NCBI GenBank assembly: GCA_965224085.1
Contig: CBDCYI010000004.1
Span: forward strand, 928,001-992,000
Length of the DNA: 64,000 bases
Origin: Candidatus Marinacidobacterales bacterium
GTDB lineage: Bacteria; Acidobacteriota; Vicinamibacteria; Marinacidobacterales; SMYC01
Direction: 5' to 3'
Position numbers and translations under genes: made by a program. The notes beneath the pieces were generated by a model, which searched no databases, was not told where the DNA came from, and was given only the letters and a program-made list of their open reading frames with translations. Shown here in pieces: positions 63,810 through 64,000 of the stretch (position 1 is the stretch's first letter; each line of letters opens with the position of its first letter).

Positions 63810-64000
63810 CTATTCCCAATGCAGCGCTACGATCGGGTCCACACGGCTTGCGCGCGCTGCAGGAAGGTATCCCGACACGCTCGCGACCGTGAGCAGCAAT
63901 ATCTGATCCATCAAAGTGAAGATGGAGCTGTTGGCGCCAATGCCCATCGCGAGCGTTAGGACGACGATAGCGGTGAACCCAGGGTTCGAGCGGGAAGAAC
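63810..64000 (-). pseudogene. ADOP ABC permease with N- and C-termini joined by an in-frame deletion
   Basis: [32 protein letters not shown] directly followed by [26 protein letters not shown]. Confidence 0.85.

Noticed and set aside
1-64000. CRISPR arrays, tRNA, rRNA, riboswitches; programmed frameshifting or recoding as an explanation for the broken genes
   Set aside because: No repeat-spacer or RNA-gene patterns recognised by eye; breaks are heterogeneous (deletions, stops, indels) with no shared slippery motif

Overview
GC-rich bacterial chromosome segment. Acidobacteriota is suggested by repeated ADOP-type ABC permease remnants, PQQ/YVTN propellers and DUF5916/tricorn/S9/CocE genes (inference). 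Intact genes include ilvB (plus the 5' end of ilvN), glnS, a cNMP-domain + nucleotide-translocase/HEAT pair, an amidohydrolase, a GGT, a pyridoxamine-pyruvate-like aminotransferase, a C25 peptidase, a nucleoside hydrolase, a PLP decarboxylase, an M24 peptidase, an aldo/keto reductase, a hybrid kinase, flavin oxidases and a PQQ dehydrogenase. They are interleaved with roughly 25 frameshifted, internally deleted or fused gene remnants, which looks like ongoing deletion-driven decay. Mobile content: a head-to-tail dimer of two near-identical 1684-bp ISNCY-type IS copies at a regenerated cTAACTAg target, a 189-bp TTAA-flanked MITE-like element with piggyBac-like ends, four intact and two decayed type II toxin-antitoxin loci, and REP-like palindromes. 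Four sigma-54-type promoters are visible. No rRNA, tRNA or CRISPR array was seen. All family calls are by motif recognition only; no searches were run.
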